NCBI GenBank assembly: GCA_027022365.1
Contig: JALVYU010000007.1
Coordinates: 64,001-128,000, forward strand
From: Desulfurococcales archaeon
Lineage (GTDB): Archaea > Thermoproteota > Thermoprotei_A > Sulfolobales > Desulfurococcaceae
Direction: 5' to 3'
Length of the DNA: 64,000 nucleotides
The notes beneath the pieces are model-generated. The model searched no databases. It saw only the letters and a list, made by a program, of their open reading frames with translations, and was not told the origin of the DNA. Below, in pieces: positions 8,709 through 19,498 of this stretch. Each line of letters begins with the position of its first letter. Positions within the stretch are counted from its first letter, which is position 1. A program made the position numbers and the translations under genes.

Positions 8709-10063
8709 TATAGTGCATCCTCCCTTAGCTCGTCAATATACTCGTCCAAAAGCTCTACTCGTGGCTGTAATCCTTTGAAATGAGGCGTAACAATATACTC
8801 CTTAGCACGTTCTACAAGTAGCTTTTTCGCATCCGAATATCTCCGCGTGGATAGGGACATTAGCTCACCCTTATCATTAATCCATGGACCAAAACTGTTT
8901 CTAGTAACATGGGATCTGATAAAGCTATGCACTCGTTTCAAACTATATGGTGATGGCCCATAGTATAATCTCGGGTATGGTTTAGAGCACTCGTCTATTT
9001 CAACAGCTATGATGGCCAGTTCTTTTTCGTCAGTCCACACATCTTGGTCGAACGGCATGAAGTCGAAGTTCTTCAGTACTTTTGACGCTCTATCAGCTAT
9101 TCTCTGAAGCTCCCCCCACAGAACATCCGGAGGCAGCTGTTCTTTAACTGGGAGAATAATAAGAATAATACATCTCCTTCTTATCTGTTCACGTAATAAA
9201 TCCTTATCAACTCCTCCCTTATCTGGCGGAAAGAAGTATTCAATCCTTGGATTCATAAGGTAGCAGTAACTAGCAATTTTCATAGTAATAACACTCTTCA
9301 GCGAAACAGCAGCGGCAACGTTCCGCCTTAGATCAACGGGATCAGGTACATACATTGGGCAGCCAGGATATCTTTTAACAAGCATAGAAAAAACATCATC
9401 GAATTCGTTGTGTCCCGATACATTTATCTTAACGGGAAGTTTCCAGTGCCTGGCCCCCCTCAATAGGTCTCTGAAGCCATCATAGGCTATTATGAGAAGC
9501 TCGCATAAGTAGCCAGAGAAGCCCCTTGTTTTTATCTCTGCACCGTATATTCCTAAGCTCTTCAAGAACTTCTTTAATAGTCTGACATGATCTTTCAGTT
9601 CATCTCTAAGGTGATCTCTAACATATTTTGTATGAAACGGCGTCCTATCAACTGCTGTCCTTATTTCTGAGGGATCATCTAGTTTGAAGGCTGGAACGAG
9701 ATCTACTTCAACACCATCAATTATAACCCTAACATAAGGGTGTTCCGCATATCTTATCGTGTATTTGTCGAGTTTCTCCGCGGCTTCAAGCAGTATTTTG
9801 AAGCCCTTTCCTTTGAGTTCATCAACACTCCAAGTCTTTGGGAAGAGAACGAAAACATCCATATCTCTTTCTCCGCTTAGCCAGGTATCATGCGCAATGC
9901 TCCCCTGCAGCGTGATCTCGGCTTCAACGCCGTATTTGTCAAGAATGGAAGAGATTGTTCTCCTAACTTTATCGAAAACTCTCCTCATCAAATCGTATTC
10001 GGACTTCTTAGGCTTAATCTGTTCTAAAACTCTTCTTTCGATACTTATTAGTGGCTCAGTCAA
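8651..10063 (-). CDS. cca: CCA-adding enzyme (class I tRNA nucleotidyltransferase)
   Basis: GSIAHDTWLSGERDMDVF, YAEHPY, AVDRTPFH, GFSGYLCELL. Confidence 0.97.
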   Translation of the reverse strand: MTEPLISIERRVLEQIKPKKSEYDLMRRVFDKVRRTISSILDKYGVEAEITLQGSIAHDTWLSGERDMDVFVLFPKTWSVDELKGKGFKILLEAAEKLDKYTIRYAEHPYVRVIIDGVEVDLVPAFKLDDPSEIRTAVDRTPFHTKYVRDHLRDELKDHVRLLKKFLKSLGIYGAEIKTRGFSGYLCELLIIAYDGFRDLLRGARHWKLPVKINVSGHNEFDDVFSMLVKRYPGCPMYVPDPVDLRRNVAAAVSLKSVITMKIASYCYLMNPRIEYFFPPDKGGVDKDLLREQIRRRCIILIILPVKEQLPPDVLWGELQRIADRASKVLKNFDFMPFDQDVWTDEKELAIIAVEIDECSKPYPRLYYGPSPYSLKRVHSFIRSHVTRNSFGPWINDKGELMSLSTRRYSDAKKLLVERAKEYIVTPHFKGLQPRVELLDEYIDELREDALYWLESFVRKRPYWMDYCIE

Positions 10064-10629
10064 CTGGCCCGGACCTTGCAGACATTATTGTATATCGGTC
10101 CCTGAGGCGTCAATATGCTTCTCTTCAGTACTACCTCGTTTACCATGAATTCCCCGAAATCTTGATCTGCTATGGAGTCAATGATCTTAATTAATGATTG
10201 TATGTTTCTTCCGCTACGTACACGGGCAAGAGTTATGTGTGGTATGAACTTCTCCCTCTGGGGAGGAATATGTAATCTTCTCAATATCTTCTCTACATCA
10301 TCATGTAACCTTGAGAGCTCCTCTACTCCTTCATCAATTCCCGCCCATATCACGCGTGGCCTATGAATGGTCGGAAATACACCGATACCCTTAACCCGTA
10401 CCTTGAAGGGAGAGAATTTGAGTTCTTTCAAATAATCACATATCTCATAGACCAGACTTGAGGGTATCTCGCCTATGAAGCGTAAAGTTATATGCATGTT
10501 TTCGCGAGAAACAGGTTTAAGATCCGCCCTAGACTCCAATAGTAGGTCGCGTGCTCTGACGAGTTTCTCGAGAACGTCATCATTAGTAATATCGACCGCA
10601 ATAAATACTCTCATGTAATCTCTCGGCAA
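10060..10629 (-). CDS. thpR: RNA 2',3'-cyclic phosphodiesterase / 2'-5' RNA ligase
   Basis: Two HxT motifs (HITLRF, HITLAR); RVFIAVD start. Confidence 0.95.
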   Translation of the reverse strand: MPRDYMRVFIAVDITNDDVLEKLVRARDLLLESRADLKPVSRENMHITLRFIGEIPSSLVYEICDYLKELKFSPFKVRVKGIGVFPTIHRPRVIWAGIDEGVEELSRLHDDVEKILRRLHIPPQREKFIPHITLARVRSGRNIQSLIKIIDSIADQDFGEFMVNEVVLKRSILTPQGPIYNNVCKVRAS

Positions 10630-10718
10630 AACCGCTCACCCTGCTCTTCACTTAAACCTTTAATACTTGTGGGAAACATTAAATTGGTTTCTCAAAAATC
10701 GTTGATTAGGGCTGTGGA

Positions 10719-11300
10719 ATGAATAGTATGTCGCGCAAAAAGCTTAGATTTCTCCTAGTTACGGGAATGCCGGGTGCTGGCAAGAGTATAGTGACCAACA
10801 TGGCTAGAGAGATAGGCATACCAACGTATTGTATGGGTGACGTTATAAGAGAGGAGACGATCAGGAAATACGGTAGTATAACGCCGGAGAACATTAGGAG
10901 CGTAGCCCAAGAACTACGCGAGAAATATGGCGATGATATTGTTGCTAGGAAGACGTTAGAGATGATTAAAGAAGAACAAGGCGTAATCGTTGTTGACGGA
11001 GTTAGGAGCCTTACGGAGGTAAACATATTCAAAACAGCCGGAGAATCAGTCGAAATAATAGCTGTTCATGCATCACCCAAGACTAGATTCAAGAGAATCA
11101 AGGAGAGACGGCGGCCTGGGGATCCGAAGACTTGGGAAGAATTCGTAAAACGTGATATGACGGAACTCGGTTTCGGAATAGGTAATGTTATTGCCTTGGC
11201 AGACTATATGATCGTAAACGAGGAGTCGATCGAGGAGACAAAGAAACAGGTGGTAAGAGTGTTAGAAAAGGTGCTCGGAGTTGATAAGGATATACGTTGA
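10719..11300 (+). CDS. P-loop nucleotide kinase, UPF0200 / dephospho-CoA kinase-like
   Basis: GMPGAGKS, MGDVIREE, VDGVRS, RD..ELGFGIG. Confidence 0.85.
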   Translation: MNSMSRKKLRFLLVTGMPGAGKSIVTNMAREIGIPTYCMGDVIREETIRKYGSITPENIRSVAQELREKYGDDIVARKTLEMIKEEQGVIVVDGVRSLTEVNIFKTAGESVEIIAVHASPKTRFKRIKERRRPGDPKTWEEFVKRDMTELGFGIGNVIALADYMIVNEESIEETKKQVVRVLEKVLGVDKDIR

Positions 11301-11670
11301 GGCGCCACTCTATCCAACAGAAAACCCCGAGAAAGTCAGAAAAGCTATAAAGACATTCTACAATGGACAACTAGTCGAACGCGAAGGCCCCGGATACAAG
11401 ATAATATACGGTGAGTCTACAGAGCTTTCGTCCATTAAGCCCCTCTACGAAGCTATAAGGGCTTCACAAATTATTTCTGCAGTGAGATCATATCTTTATC
11501 GTAGGAAGCGTGGTAATAGAGTAGAGCTCTTGTTTCATAAGCAAGCCGCCTACATGGGTAAGATCTCATTGATAGATAATGAGCGTGAATCTCCTCTAGG
11601 TGCTATAAGGATAGTTATAGAAGCCGATGATATTAGGAACGTTATTGACTGGCTCGCCCCTAGGCTATAA
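11281..11670 (+). CDS. UPF0201 (COG1931) putative RNA-binding protein
   Basis: PTENPEKV...HKQAAYMG...SPLGAI...IDWLAP. Confidence 0.9.
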   Translation: MIRIYVEAPLYPTENPEKVRKAIKTFYNGQLVEREGPGYKIIYGESTELSSIKPLYEAIRASQIISAVRSYLYRRKRGNRVELLFHKQAAYMGKISLIDNERESPLGAIRIVIEADDIRNVIDWLAPRL

Positions 11671-12423
11671 GTATATGACCATTCTATCCTCGGCGACAAT
11701 AACGTTGCTGAATATTCTTGAGGCGTCCCTATATAGCTCTAAGGGATCATCATACCTTGCACTTATATGGGTTAGCACAAGCAGTTTTGCCTTAGCATTC
11801 ACAGCCGCCATAGCTGCATCGAGTGCTGTTGAATGGCCTTGGGCATGGGCTTCCTCGGCCATATCACTAGTGAATGTTGATTCATGAATTAATACGTCAA
11901 CATTCTTCGAGTTATCAACTATTGAATGACATGGTCTCGTATCGCCAGTATAGGTGATCCTCTTGTTGTTCTTTATAATATCAATAACATAACCGTAAGA
12001 TGATGGAATATGGTCAACTAAAAATGATGATACAGCGATCTTATCATCTCTGTAGACTGTTCCTTCATGTAATGGTTCGAAATACAGTGGAAAGTCTATG
12101 TTTAGCAGGCCTGAAGAAGCATAAGCGTTCAATATGTTTGATAGTTTCCCGGGCCCTATTATTAGGAGCTCTTTTTCTCTGCTCATTAGATGCATTGTCT
12201 GTAGGAGACCAAATATTCCGAGATAATGATCGCCGTGGAGATGGGTTACGAATATAGCCCTTATCTTGACGGGGCTCAACCCCATTTCCAACATAGTTTT
12301 TTGACATCCTTCCCCTATATCAAAGACGTATAAATTCGAATCTACTTTAATACAGATACAGGGAAGCATTCTTTTCATGGGGATCGCGGCGCCCGTTCCC
12401 AACATGAATATCTTTGTATTCAT
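11665..12423 (-). CDS. rnz: Ribonuclease Z
   Basis: LGTGAAIP, THLHGDH, TGDT, HEST, HST, THISARY. Confidence 0.95.
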   Translation of the reverse strand: MNTKIFMLGTGAAIPMKRMLPCICIKVDSNLYVFDIGEGCQKTMLEMGLSPVKIRAIFVTHLHGDHYLGIFGLLQTMHLMSREKELLIIGPGKLSNILNAYASSGLLNIDFPLYFEPLHEGTVYRDDKIAVSSFLVDHIPSSYGYVIDIIKNNKRITYTGDTRPCHSIVDNSKNVDVLIHESTFTSDMAEEAHAQGHSTALDAAMAAVNAKAKLLVLTHISARYDDPLELYRDASRIFSNVIVAEDRMVIYL

Positions 12424-13433
12424 GGCTTTTCAACTACATAAATCGTTCTTGTAAGCCCTCCGTGCACATACATGTATATCTTATCACGGAGTATTAGGCC
12501 GTAACTACATAGTGCTTCATCGATATTCTCATTGAAGTATGTCGGCGACATAAACACGAGATAGCCCCTCCTACGTAGCCATTCCGAGGCTTTCTCTATG
12601 AAACGCCTATATATAGAGAATGATTCTTTCCCGTGAGTACTTGCGGCTCTACCATACGGTGGATCAGTTGCTATACCATCAATATTTTGTAATTCAAGCT
12701 CTGTAGAGTCAGCTAGAAGAAGTGGTGCTGGCACATGATAGTACTTAAGGTTAGTTATACAACCATGTGAAATCTTCCAGTCAAGCTCTACACCTATACT
12801 CTTCAAACCCATATGGTGTGCTTCAAGCAGAATGCTCCCCGTCCCGGCGAACGGGTCGAGGATTGTTTCGCCTTCCTTAAGCCTCGCCAGGTTGATCAAA
12901 GCCCTAGAAAGCTTAACAGATAAGGCTATGCTTCTGAAAAACGGTCTTTTTGAAGGAGCACGATCCTCGTAGTTTTTAGCCCTATGCATGTAATTTAGAG
13001 CGACAGTTAGAACTAGATTACTCACTATATACGATAAAATTATTCGTTGGCTCCTCCTATCAAGTATGATGCCGATCTTCCTTATGATCATATTTCTCAG
13101 ATAATCTTGGCTTATATCGATAAATGATGATAACCGGATATATTTTATAGTATACCTGCCTGCTTCAATATGGTTTCGATCAATAAAAACATCCTTGGCG
13201 GGATCACTTAGATCTCCGATTGCAATTAATCTTCCAGCCTCTTTAATGTATCCAGCTCTTTCAACTACTTTCGTAAAAATACGATCATCCATATCGACTA
13301 TGCATAAGGAAGAAATGCATGATTCCGGATCGATTGCTTGTCCAGTATATGTCTCGGCGAGTGCAGATAACTCCTTAAAAGATAAAACCAGGTTAGAGGC
13401 ATCGAGTCTAAACACGTATTTCATGTTCTCCAC
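12420..13433 (-). CDS. tRNA m2G10 methyltransferase (Trm11/TrmG10 family)
   Basis: KRPFF, LDPFAGTGSIL, TDPPYG, VHGGLTR. Confidence 0.85.
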   Translation of the reverse strand: MENMKYVFRLDASNLVLSFKELSALAETYTGQAIDPESCISSLCIVDMDDRIFTKVVERAGYIKEAGRLIAIGDLSDPAKDVFIDRNHIEAGRYTIKYIRLSSFIDISQDYLRNMIIRKIGIILDRRSQRIILSYIVSNLVLTVALNYMHRAKNYEDRAPSKRPFFRSIALSVKLSRALINLARLKEGETILDPFAGTGSILLEAHHMGLKSIGVELDWKISHGCITNLKYYHVPAPLLLADSTELELQNIDGIATDPPYGRAASTHGKESFSIYRRFIEKASEWLRRRGYLVFMSPTYFNENIDEALCSYGLILRDKIYMYVHGGLTRTIYVVEKP

Positions 13434-13446
13434 ATCTGATATCAGA

Positions 13447-14367
13447 TTAGCTGATTAAGGTATCAATAACCTCTTTAAGCCTAGGGATCACGTCCACGTA
13501 ACGGATAAAGTTATCATTAATTTTCTGAGCAAGGGTATTAGTAGCTATTATCATTTCAGCACCACTTCTTTTGATCTTATTTAGAGCGTCGCCGATTAGA
13601 AGAGCGTGTGACGCGGCAACATAGACTTTTCTAGCACCTTGTTCCAGCACTATCCTTGAGGCTTTGGCTATTGTTCCACCCGTACTGATGATATCGTCAA
13701 CTATGATCACGTCTCTGCTCTTGACGCTTAACCTCTTGGGCTTAATGGTTATCTCTCCCGTTATACGATCCCTGTGTTTCTCGAGATAATCGTATTCAAG
13801 GCCTAGCTTCTCGGCCGCGTAACGGGCTCTCCCAACAGCGCCTTTATCAGGTGCGAGGACGAGTGGATTGTTCATTAATTTAAGGGCTTCTCCTACGAGG
13901 AGATCACTAATAAGAACATTAACTGTATTACCCCTAAAATGCTCTAAAAGGTGTGGGGCATGTATATCGACAACAACTAATGTATCAGCATTTGACGATG
14001 ATAAAGATTTGATTACCGCTTCACCGCTGATGGCTTCACCGGGGAGGAACTCTTTGTCTTGTCTTGTATAGGCTAGGTATGGTACACACAATATTACCCT
14101 TTTAGGATTGTATCTCCTCACCGCATTCAGAAGAAACAATGTCTCGACAAACATATCGTTCTGACTTGGATACATTGTATTCAATAATACTGTCATTGAG
14201 CCCGAAATAATAGTTGGTTCTTCCAATCTTACATAGATCTCTCCATCGGGAAAACGCTTATACGCTAAGCCTACGTGATAGGCGCCTAACAAATCCGCTA
14301 GTTCCTTAGCTTCATCAGTATAGTTGTGGCCGCCAACAACAACTATTTTGCTTGACATATGCGACAC
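13447..14367 (-). CDS. prs: Ribose-phosphate pyrophosphokinase
   Basis: FPDGE, PYLAYTRQD, APDKGA, VDDIISTGGT. Confidence 0.97.
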   Translation of the reverse strand: MSHMSSKIVVVGGHNYTDEAKELADLLGAYHVGLAYKRFPDGEIYVRLEEPTIISGSMTVLLNTMYPSQNDMFVETLFLLNAVRRYNPKRVILCVPYLAYTRQDKEFLPGEAISGEAVIKSLSSSNADTLVVVDIHAPHLLEHFRGNTVNVLISDLLVGEALKLMNNPLVLAPDKGAVGRARYAAEKLGLEYDYLEKHRDRITGEITIKPKRLSVKSRDVIIVDDIISTGGTIAKASRIVLEQGARKVYVAASHALLIGDALNKIKRSGAEMIIATNTLAQKINDNFIRYVDVIPRLKEVIDTLIS

Positions 14368-14455
14368 CCTACATTAGTGCTCGCTGAACTACATGTTTAG
14401 AGATAATAACCATGTATATCTAAAGATTTCCTAATAGAAGTGGAGGGAAAACGCC

Positions 14456-15529
14456 ATGTCTATAATTGACAGACCAGGTGCTAGGCTGGCGAGGTTTTGG
14501 GAAAGCTTGGAGGATAAAAAAGTCAGATGCAATCTTTGTCATAGGAGATGTATAATTGTCAACCACGCTTACGGAGCATGCGGTGTCAGGTATAATCATG
14601 AGGGGAAACTATACACACTTGTATACGGATTACTAACTGCAGCCAATCCTGATCCCATAGAGAAGAAACCATTAATGCATTTCAATCCAGGGGCCTATGT
14701 GTTCTCGATCTCAACGGCGGGATGTAATTTCTTCTGTAAGTTCTGCCAGAACTGGGTATTGAGTCAGACAAGAAGGGAGAGATTATTCGGTGAATTGTTC
14801 ACGCCGGAAGAAGTCGTCCACCAAGCAATAATCAATGGATGCCAGGGCATAAGCTACACATACAACGAGCCAACAATATTTTATGAGTTCATGTATGATG
14901 TTGCTCGGCTAGCGAAAAAGAAAGGATTATTCAATACCATGGTAACAAACGGGTACATGACGCCGGAAGCTATTGACGAGATAGGACCCTATATGGATGC
15001 AGCAACAGTAGATTTCAAGGGGGGAGGTAACAAGGAGTTTTACAAGAAATTCATAGGAGTCCTAGACCCAGAGCCTATATTCGAGTCGATCCTAGCCATG
15101 AAGGAGAAAGAATGGTGGATAGAAATAACAAATTTGGTTGTACCAGAGTATGGCGACAAAGAAGATGATATGCGGAGGCTTTCACGATGGATCGTTGAAA
15201 ATCTCGGCCCCGAAACCCCGTTCCACCTTCTCAGGTTTCATCCTCAATACGGGCTTTCAGACCTCTATCCCACACCTATTGAAACGCTTGAAAAGCTAGC
15301 GAAAATAGCCATGGAGGAAGGACTTAAACATGTATACTTAGGAAACGTGTGGGGGCATGAGCTCGAAAACACATACTGCCCTAATTGCGGGGCACTAGTG
15401 GTGAAACGGCGGGGCTTCTATATTCTCGAATGGAATCTAACAGAGGACTTCAGATGCAAGAAATGCGGATATAGGCTTAATTTCAGAGGACGTTTCTGGG
15501 GAACACATAAAGGGTTCTTCTTCATTTAA
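14456..15529 (+). CDS. amrS: AmmeMemoRadiSam system radical SAM enzyme
   Basis: N-terminal CNLCHRRC, DPIEKKPL, CNFFCKFC, YTYNEP, C-terminal CPNC/CKKC. Confidence 0.9.
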   Translation: MSIIDRPGARLARFWESLEDKKVRCNLCHRRCIIVNHAYGACGVRYNHEGKLYTLVYGLLTAANPDPIEKKPLMHFNPGAYVFSISTAGCNFFCKFCQNWVLSQTRRERLFGELFTPEEVVHQAIINGCQGISYTYNEPTIFYEFMYDVARLAKKKGLFNTMVTNGYMTPEAIDEIGPYMDAATVDFKGGGNKEFYKKFIGVLDPEPIFESILAMKEKEWWIEITNLVVPEYGDKEDDMRRLSRWIVENLGPETPFHLLRFHPQYGLSDLYPTPIETLEKLAKIAMEEGLKHVYLGNVWGHELENTYCPNCGALVVKRRGFYILEWNLTEDFRCKKCGYRLNFRGRFWGTHKGFFFI

Positions 15530-15550
15530 TATCTGGTACTATATGGTTGT

Positions 15551-16348
15551 ATGGGGAAATACATGCCTTACTTCATAGTCGTACTTGGCACTGCTGGAAG
15601 CGGTAAGACAACATTGTCGGCTTCTCTCCAAGAATACCTGTCATCACATTCCCTAGATTCGAACATAGTGAATCTTGATCCTGCTGTTGAAAATCTGCCT
15701 TATAAGCCAGCCATAGATGTAAGAGAATATGTTGATGCACGTGACCTGATGAAAAAATACGGTCTAGGCCCTAACGGGGCTCTCGTCGCGGCTGCCGACA
15801 TGCTGGCTTTGAAAGCGGAAGAAATAAGCGAGGAGATATGGTCGCTTAAAACAAACTACATAATACTCGATACTCCTGGCCAGATGGAGATTTTCGCGTT
15901 CAGGGAGTCAGGCCCCATAGTTCTAAACACAATTGTTTCAACAGCGAAAGCTGTATCGCTGTTTCTAATAGACACATTATATGCTGCGAGCCCTTCTAAC
16001 TTCCTTTCAGCATTGCTGTTAGCTGCTAGTGCACAGGTTAGAATAAGTTTTCCCCAAGTTCTTGTCCTTACGAAAACCGATCTCGCCGAGGACTGGATGT
16101 TAGAAGAAATTAATAAGTATATGGAGGAACCAGAGTATCTAGCCCTTGCCGTTATGAGAGAGAAGAAGGGCAGGATCCTATGGGATGCTGAAGACGTACA
16201 GGTGATAGCAGAAAAAACGTTGACACATGATATGGTATTTGTATCATCTACCAATATGAGTGGAATTGATGATCTCTATGCTGTTATTCAGAGAGTTGTA
16301 GCTGGCGGAGAAGACTATTATACCGAGGAACCTTCACCCGTTCTCTAG
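15551..16348 (+). CDS. GPN-loop GTPase
   Basis: GTAGSGKT, NLDPA, LGPNG, DTPGQME. Confidence 0.95.
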   Translation: MGKYMPYFIVVLGTAGSGKTTLSASLQEYLSSHSLDSNIVNLDPAVENLPYKPAIDVREYVDARDLMKKYGLGPNGALVAAADMLALKAEEISEEIWSLKTNYIILDTPGQMEIFAFRESGPIVLNTIVSTAKAVSLFLIDTLYAASPSNFLSALLLAASAQVRISFPQVLVLTKTDLAEDWMLEEINKYMEEPEYLALAVMREKKGRILWDAEDVQVIAEKTLTHDMVFVSSTNMSGIDDLYAVIQRVVAGGEDYYTEEPSPVL

Positions 16349-16457
16349 ATATTTGTTCGTATATTTTGTTAGGTTCTCCTAATACGTAATATTTTAATCT
16401 GAACATCAATGTAGAAACATCATGGATATCAATTGAATAGTTAAAGGTGATACTCTC

Positions 16458-17840
16458 TTGATCGAGAAGTTCTTCAATCCTAACAGTGTTGCCATAGTTG
16501 GTGCTTCCCCGAAGCCGGGCAAGGTTGGTAATGTCATCCTGGCAAACTTCAAGAAGAGATTCAAAGGCAGAATATATCCAGTCAATCCTAAGCATGAAGA
16601 GATTATGGGGCTTAAATGCTACCCGAGCATAAAAGATCTTCCTGAAACCCCGGATCTAGTAGTAATAGCGATACCTGCACCAAAGGTTCCACAAGTCCTA
16701 CGTGATGCTGGAGAAAAAGGAGTTAAAGCAACGATAATAATATCCGGAGGCTTCAGAGAGACAGGTACTGAAGAAGGAAAACGTCTTGAAGAAGAAATCG
16801 TAAAAATCTCGAGAAAATACGGTATAAGAATACTTGGCCCTAACTGTCTCGGAATATACGATAACTGGAGCGGCGTGGATACCTTCTTCTTACCAGACGA
16901 GAAAATGATGAGGCCACCAAAAGGTAAGATAAGCTTCATCAGCCAGAGCGGTGCATTCGCATCTGCTCTCCTCGACTGGATGGCTTACAGAAACATAGGG
17001 ATCTCTAGGGCAATAAGCTACGGTAACAAGATTGATGTCGATGATGTTGACCTTCTGGACTTTCTGGCTAATGACGATAAAACAGGCTTGATAATAATGT
17101 ATTTGGAAGGCCTAAAACCTGGCAGGGGACGATTATTCATCGAGAAAGCCAGGGAAGTGGTTCGGAAAAAACCGATCGTAATTTACAAGGCTGGTAAGAC
17201 GAGCAGGGGAAGCACTGCCGCTGCAAGCCATACAGCGGCGCTTGCCGGGAATTACTCTATTTATAAAGCAGCTATCAAACAAGCTGGATTAATAGAAGCC
17301 ATGAGCTTCGACGAGATCATGGATCTATCCAAGATCCTTCTAACACAGCCATTGATGAAAGGCAGAAAAGTATATGTCGTAACGGATGCTGGCGGTGTAG
17401 GAGTAATGCTGACAGATGCCCTCACAACAGAAGGTTTCATACTGCCTCGTTCGCCAGCTGACTTGAAAGAGGAGCTCCGTAAAGTATTGCCCCCACACTG
17501 TATTGTTGAGAACCCTATAGACTTGACTGGAGATACTGATGATGACAGATACAAGGTAGTACTTGATATATTGTTGCCAAGGGATGATGTTGATGCAGTA
17601 GTAGTGGGTGCTCTACCACAGGTTCCTGGTATAACCTCTAGGCTGGCCGACTACTTGGCTGAGGCAAGGAAATACGGTAAACCGATCATAGCGATATCGA
17701 TAGGTAGTAAAGAAGCGGAGAGATTTAAAGACTTGCTTGAAGATAAAGGGATACCAGTATTTGAATCCCCTGAGAGGGCGGCGAGAGCCCTCCGAGCACT
17801 GTATCTCTACTCCAAGATAAGAGGAGTTGCGAGGGAGTGA
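16458..17840 (+). CDS. acdA: Acyl-CoA synthetase (ADP-forming) alpha subunit
   Basis: VAIVGAS, GPNCLG, SQSGA, SHTAALAG phospho-His, NPIDL. Confidence 0.92.
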   Translation: MIEKFFNPNSVAIVGASPKPGKVGNVILANFKKRFKGRIYPVNPKHEEIMGLKCYPSIKDLPETPDLVVIAIPAPKVPQVLRDAGEKGVKATIIISGGFRETGTEEGKRLEEEIVKISRKYGIRILGPNCLGIYDNWSGVDTFFLPDEKMMRPPKGKISFISQSGAFASALLDWMAYRNIGISRAISYGNKIDVDDVDLLDFLANDDKTGLIIMYLEGLKPGRGRLFIEKAREVVRKKPIVIYKAGKTSRGSTAAASHTAALAGNYSIYKAAIKQAGLIEAMSFDEIMDLSKILLTQPLMKGRKVYVVTDAGGVGVMLTDALTTEGFILPRSPADLKEELRKVLPPHCIVENPIDLTGDTDDDRYKVVLDILLPRDDVDAVVVGALPQVPGITSRLADYLAEARKYGKPIIAISIGSKEAERFKDLLEDKGIPVFESPERAARALRALYLYSKIRGVARE

Positions 17841-17846
17841 TCTAAG

Positions 17847-18545
17847 ATGGTAGAGCCCAGAGAGATAATTCTAAACGCATTAAAGGAAAAAAGAAGAAAA
17901 CTCCTAGAACACGAAGCTCTAGAACTAATCAAAGCCTATGGGGCACCAATAGCTGATGCAGGGCTTGCAAAGACCCCAGAAGAGGCTGGCGAGCTAGCAG
18001 AGACGATGGGATTCCCAGTAGTCCTCAAGATCGTCAGTCCAGATATTAGCCATAAAAGCGATGTAGGCGGTGTCATAGTCGGTGTAAACTCGAAGGAGGA
18101 AGCAATAGAGGCAGCTAAAAAAATAATCGAGAACGTGTCAAAGAACGTGCCGAGCGCCCGTATAGCTGGCATTCTTGTACAGAAAATGGCTAAGAAAGGA
18201 CTCGAGATAATAGTCGGTGGACTAAGGGACAACATATTTGGTCCAGTGGTAATGTTCGGGCTAGGAGGAATATTCGTAGAAGTACTCAAAGATGTATCAT
18301 TCAGGATAGCGCCGATAAGTTATGAGGACGCCTATGAGATGATGAGAGAAATAAAGTCCGCTAAGCTTCTCGAGGGCTACCGTGGCCAGCCGCCTGTAGA
18401 CAAGAAGGCCATAGCAGACATAATAATCGCTGTCGCTAAGCTCCTAGAGGAAAACCCTGAGGTTGATTCGGTAGACTTAAATCCTGTAATTGCCTATCCA
18501 GATGGAGCAGTAGTCGTGGACGCTAGAGTGATACTGAAGCAGTAG
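17847..18545 (+). CDS. acdB: Acyl-CoA synthetase (ADP-forming) beta subunit
   Basis: PVVLKIVSPDISHKSDVGGV, FGLGGIFVE, DLNP, DAR. Confidence 0.93.
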   Translation: MVEPREIILNALKEKRRKLLEHEALELIKAYGAPIADAGLAKTPEEAGELAETMGFPVVLKIVSPDISHKSDVGGVIVGVNSKEEAIEAAKKIIENVSKNVPSARIAGILVQKMAKKGLEIIVGGLRDNIFGPVVMFGLGGIFVEVLKDVSFRIAPISYEDAYEMMREIKSAKLLEGYRGQPPVDKKAIADIIIAVAKLLEENPEVDSVDLNPVIAYPDGAVVVDARVILKQ

Positions 18546-18553
18546 AGAAAGGT

Positions 18554-19483
18554 GTGGGTAATATCATGGAACAAAACAATGGCGGACAGAATTTTCAGCA
18601 ATTATTGGTACAAATAAGCAACCAGATCGGTGAAGTCAGAAACCAAATCAAATCTTTTAAAAACGAACGCGCAATTCTGATTTCCGAATTAAGGGATCTC
18701 AGGTCAGAAAGAAGAAAGTTAATCGAACAATTAAAAGAACTAAGGTCAAAACTAAAAGAGCTTAATATAAAGAGGCAAGAACTTATTGAAAAGATCAGAG
18801 AATTACGTAGCGAACGCAGAGAAAAGATCCAAGAGCTCCGCACTCTCTTGAATCTAGCGAGGGAAAAACGTGAACAGCTACAAATGCTAGATCAAGAGAT
18901 AAGGATGCCGATCTCGGCAATTAGAAGAGAAATAGAAAGACTTGAATGGATACAGCAGACCAGAATACTTTCTGTAGAAGAAGAAAACAGGATCATTAGA
19001 GAAATAGCGCGTCTTGAGGACCTATTAGAAAAAGCTCTGAAAGCCAAGCAGGAGAAGAAGGAATACATAGAGCTACGTGCTGAGCTAAAAGGATTAAGAC
19101 TAGTAATAAATGCTCTTACGAGAGAAATCAACGAATTAAGTAGCAAGATAAGCAAACTAGATGAAGAAAGAAATGCACTGAGAACAAGGATTAATGAGAT
19201 GAGCGAAAAGGTGGACGAGCTGAGCAAATCTATTGAAAAGAAACAAAAGCGTCTTGATGAGCTATCAGAGGAAATAAACAAGAGCGTGGCTGAGCTAAGG
19301 TCTCTTAGGGAAAAGTATCAAGAAATTCTAAGAGAAATAGAAAAAAGTAAGCTCAAGAAAATCCTAGAGGAGAAACGCCGTATAGTTGAAGAAAAGATAA
19401 AACGCGGTGAGAAGAGGCTAACACTCGAAGAACTAAAGATTCTGTATGGGGACGTTGAAGATATTTTCGATGATTCTAAATAA
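18554..19483 (+). CDS. Archaeal coiled-coil protein (COG1340-like)
   Basis: Continuous heptads with the IERLEWIQQTRILSVEEE and KRLTLEELK motifs. Confidence 0.8.
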   Translation: MGNIMEQNNGGQNFQQLLVQISNQIGEVRNQIKSFKNERAILISELRDLRSERRKLIEQLKELRSKLKELNIKRQELIEKIRELRSERREKIQELRTLLNLAREKREQLQMLDQEIRMPISAIRREIERLEWIQQTRILSVEEENRIIREIARLEDLLEKALKAKQEKKEYIELRAELKGLRLVINALTREINELSSKISKLDEERNALRTRINEMSEKVDELSKSIEKKQKRLDELSEEINKSVAELRSLREKYQEILREIEKSKLKKILEEKRRIVEEKIKRGEKRLTLEELKILYGDVEDIFDDSK

Positions 19484-19498
19484 ATAGTCCACAAAAAA

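Noticed and set aside
18554-19483. Low-complexity purine-rich periodic sequence
   Set aside because: Explained by coiled-coil Glu/Lys/Arg codons; not a DNA repeat or CRISPR.
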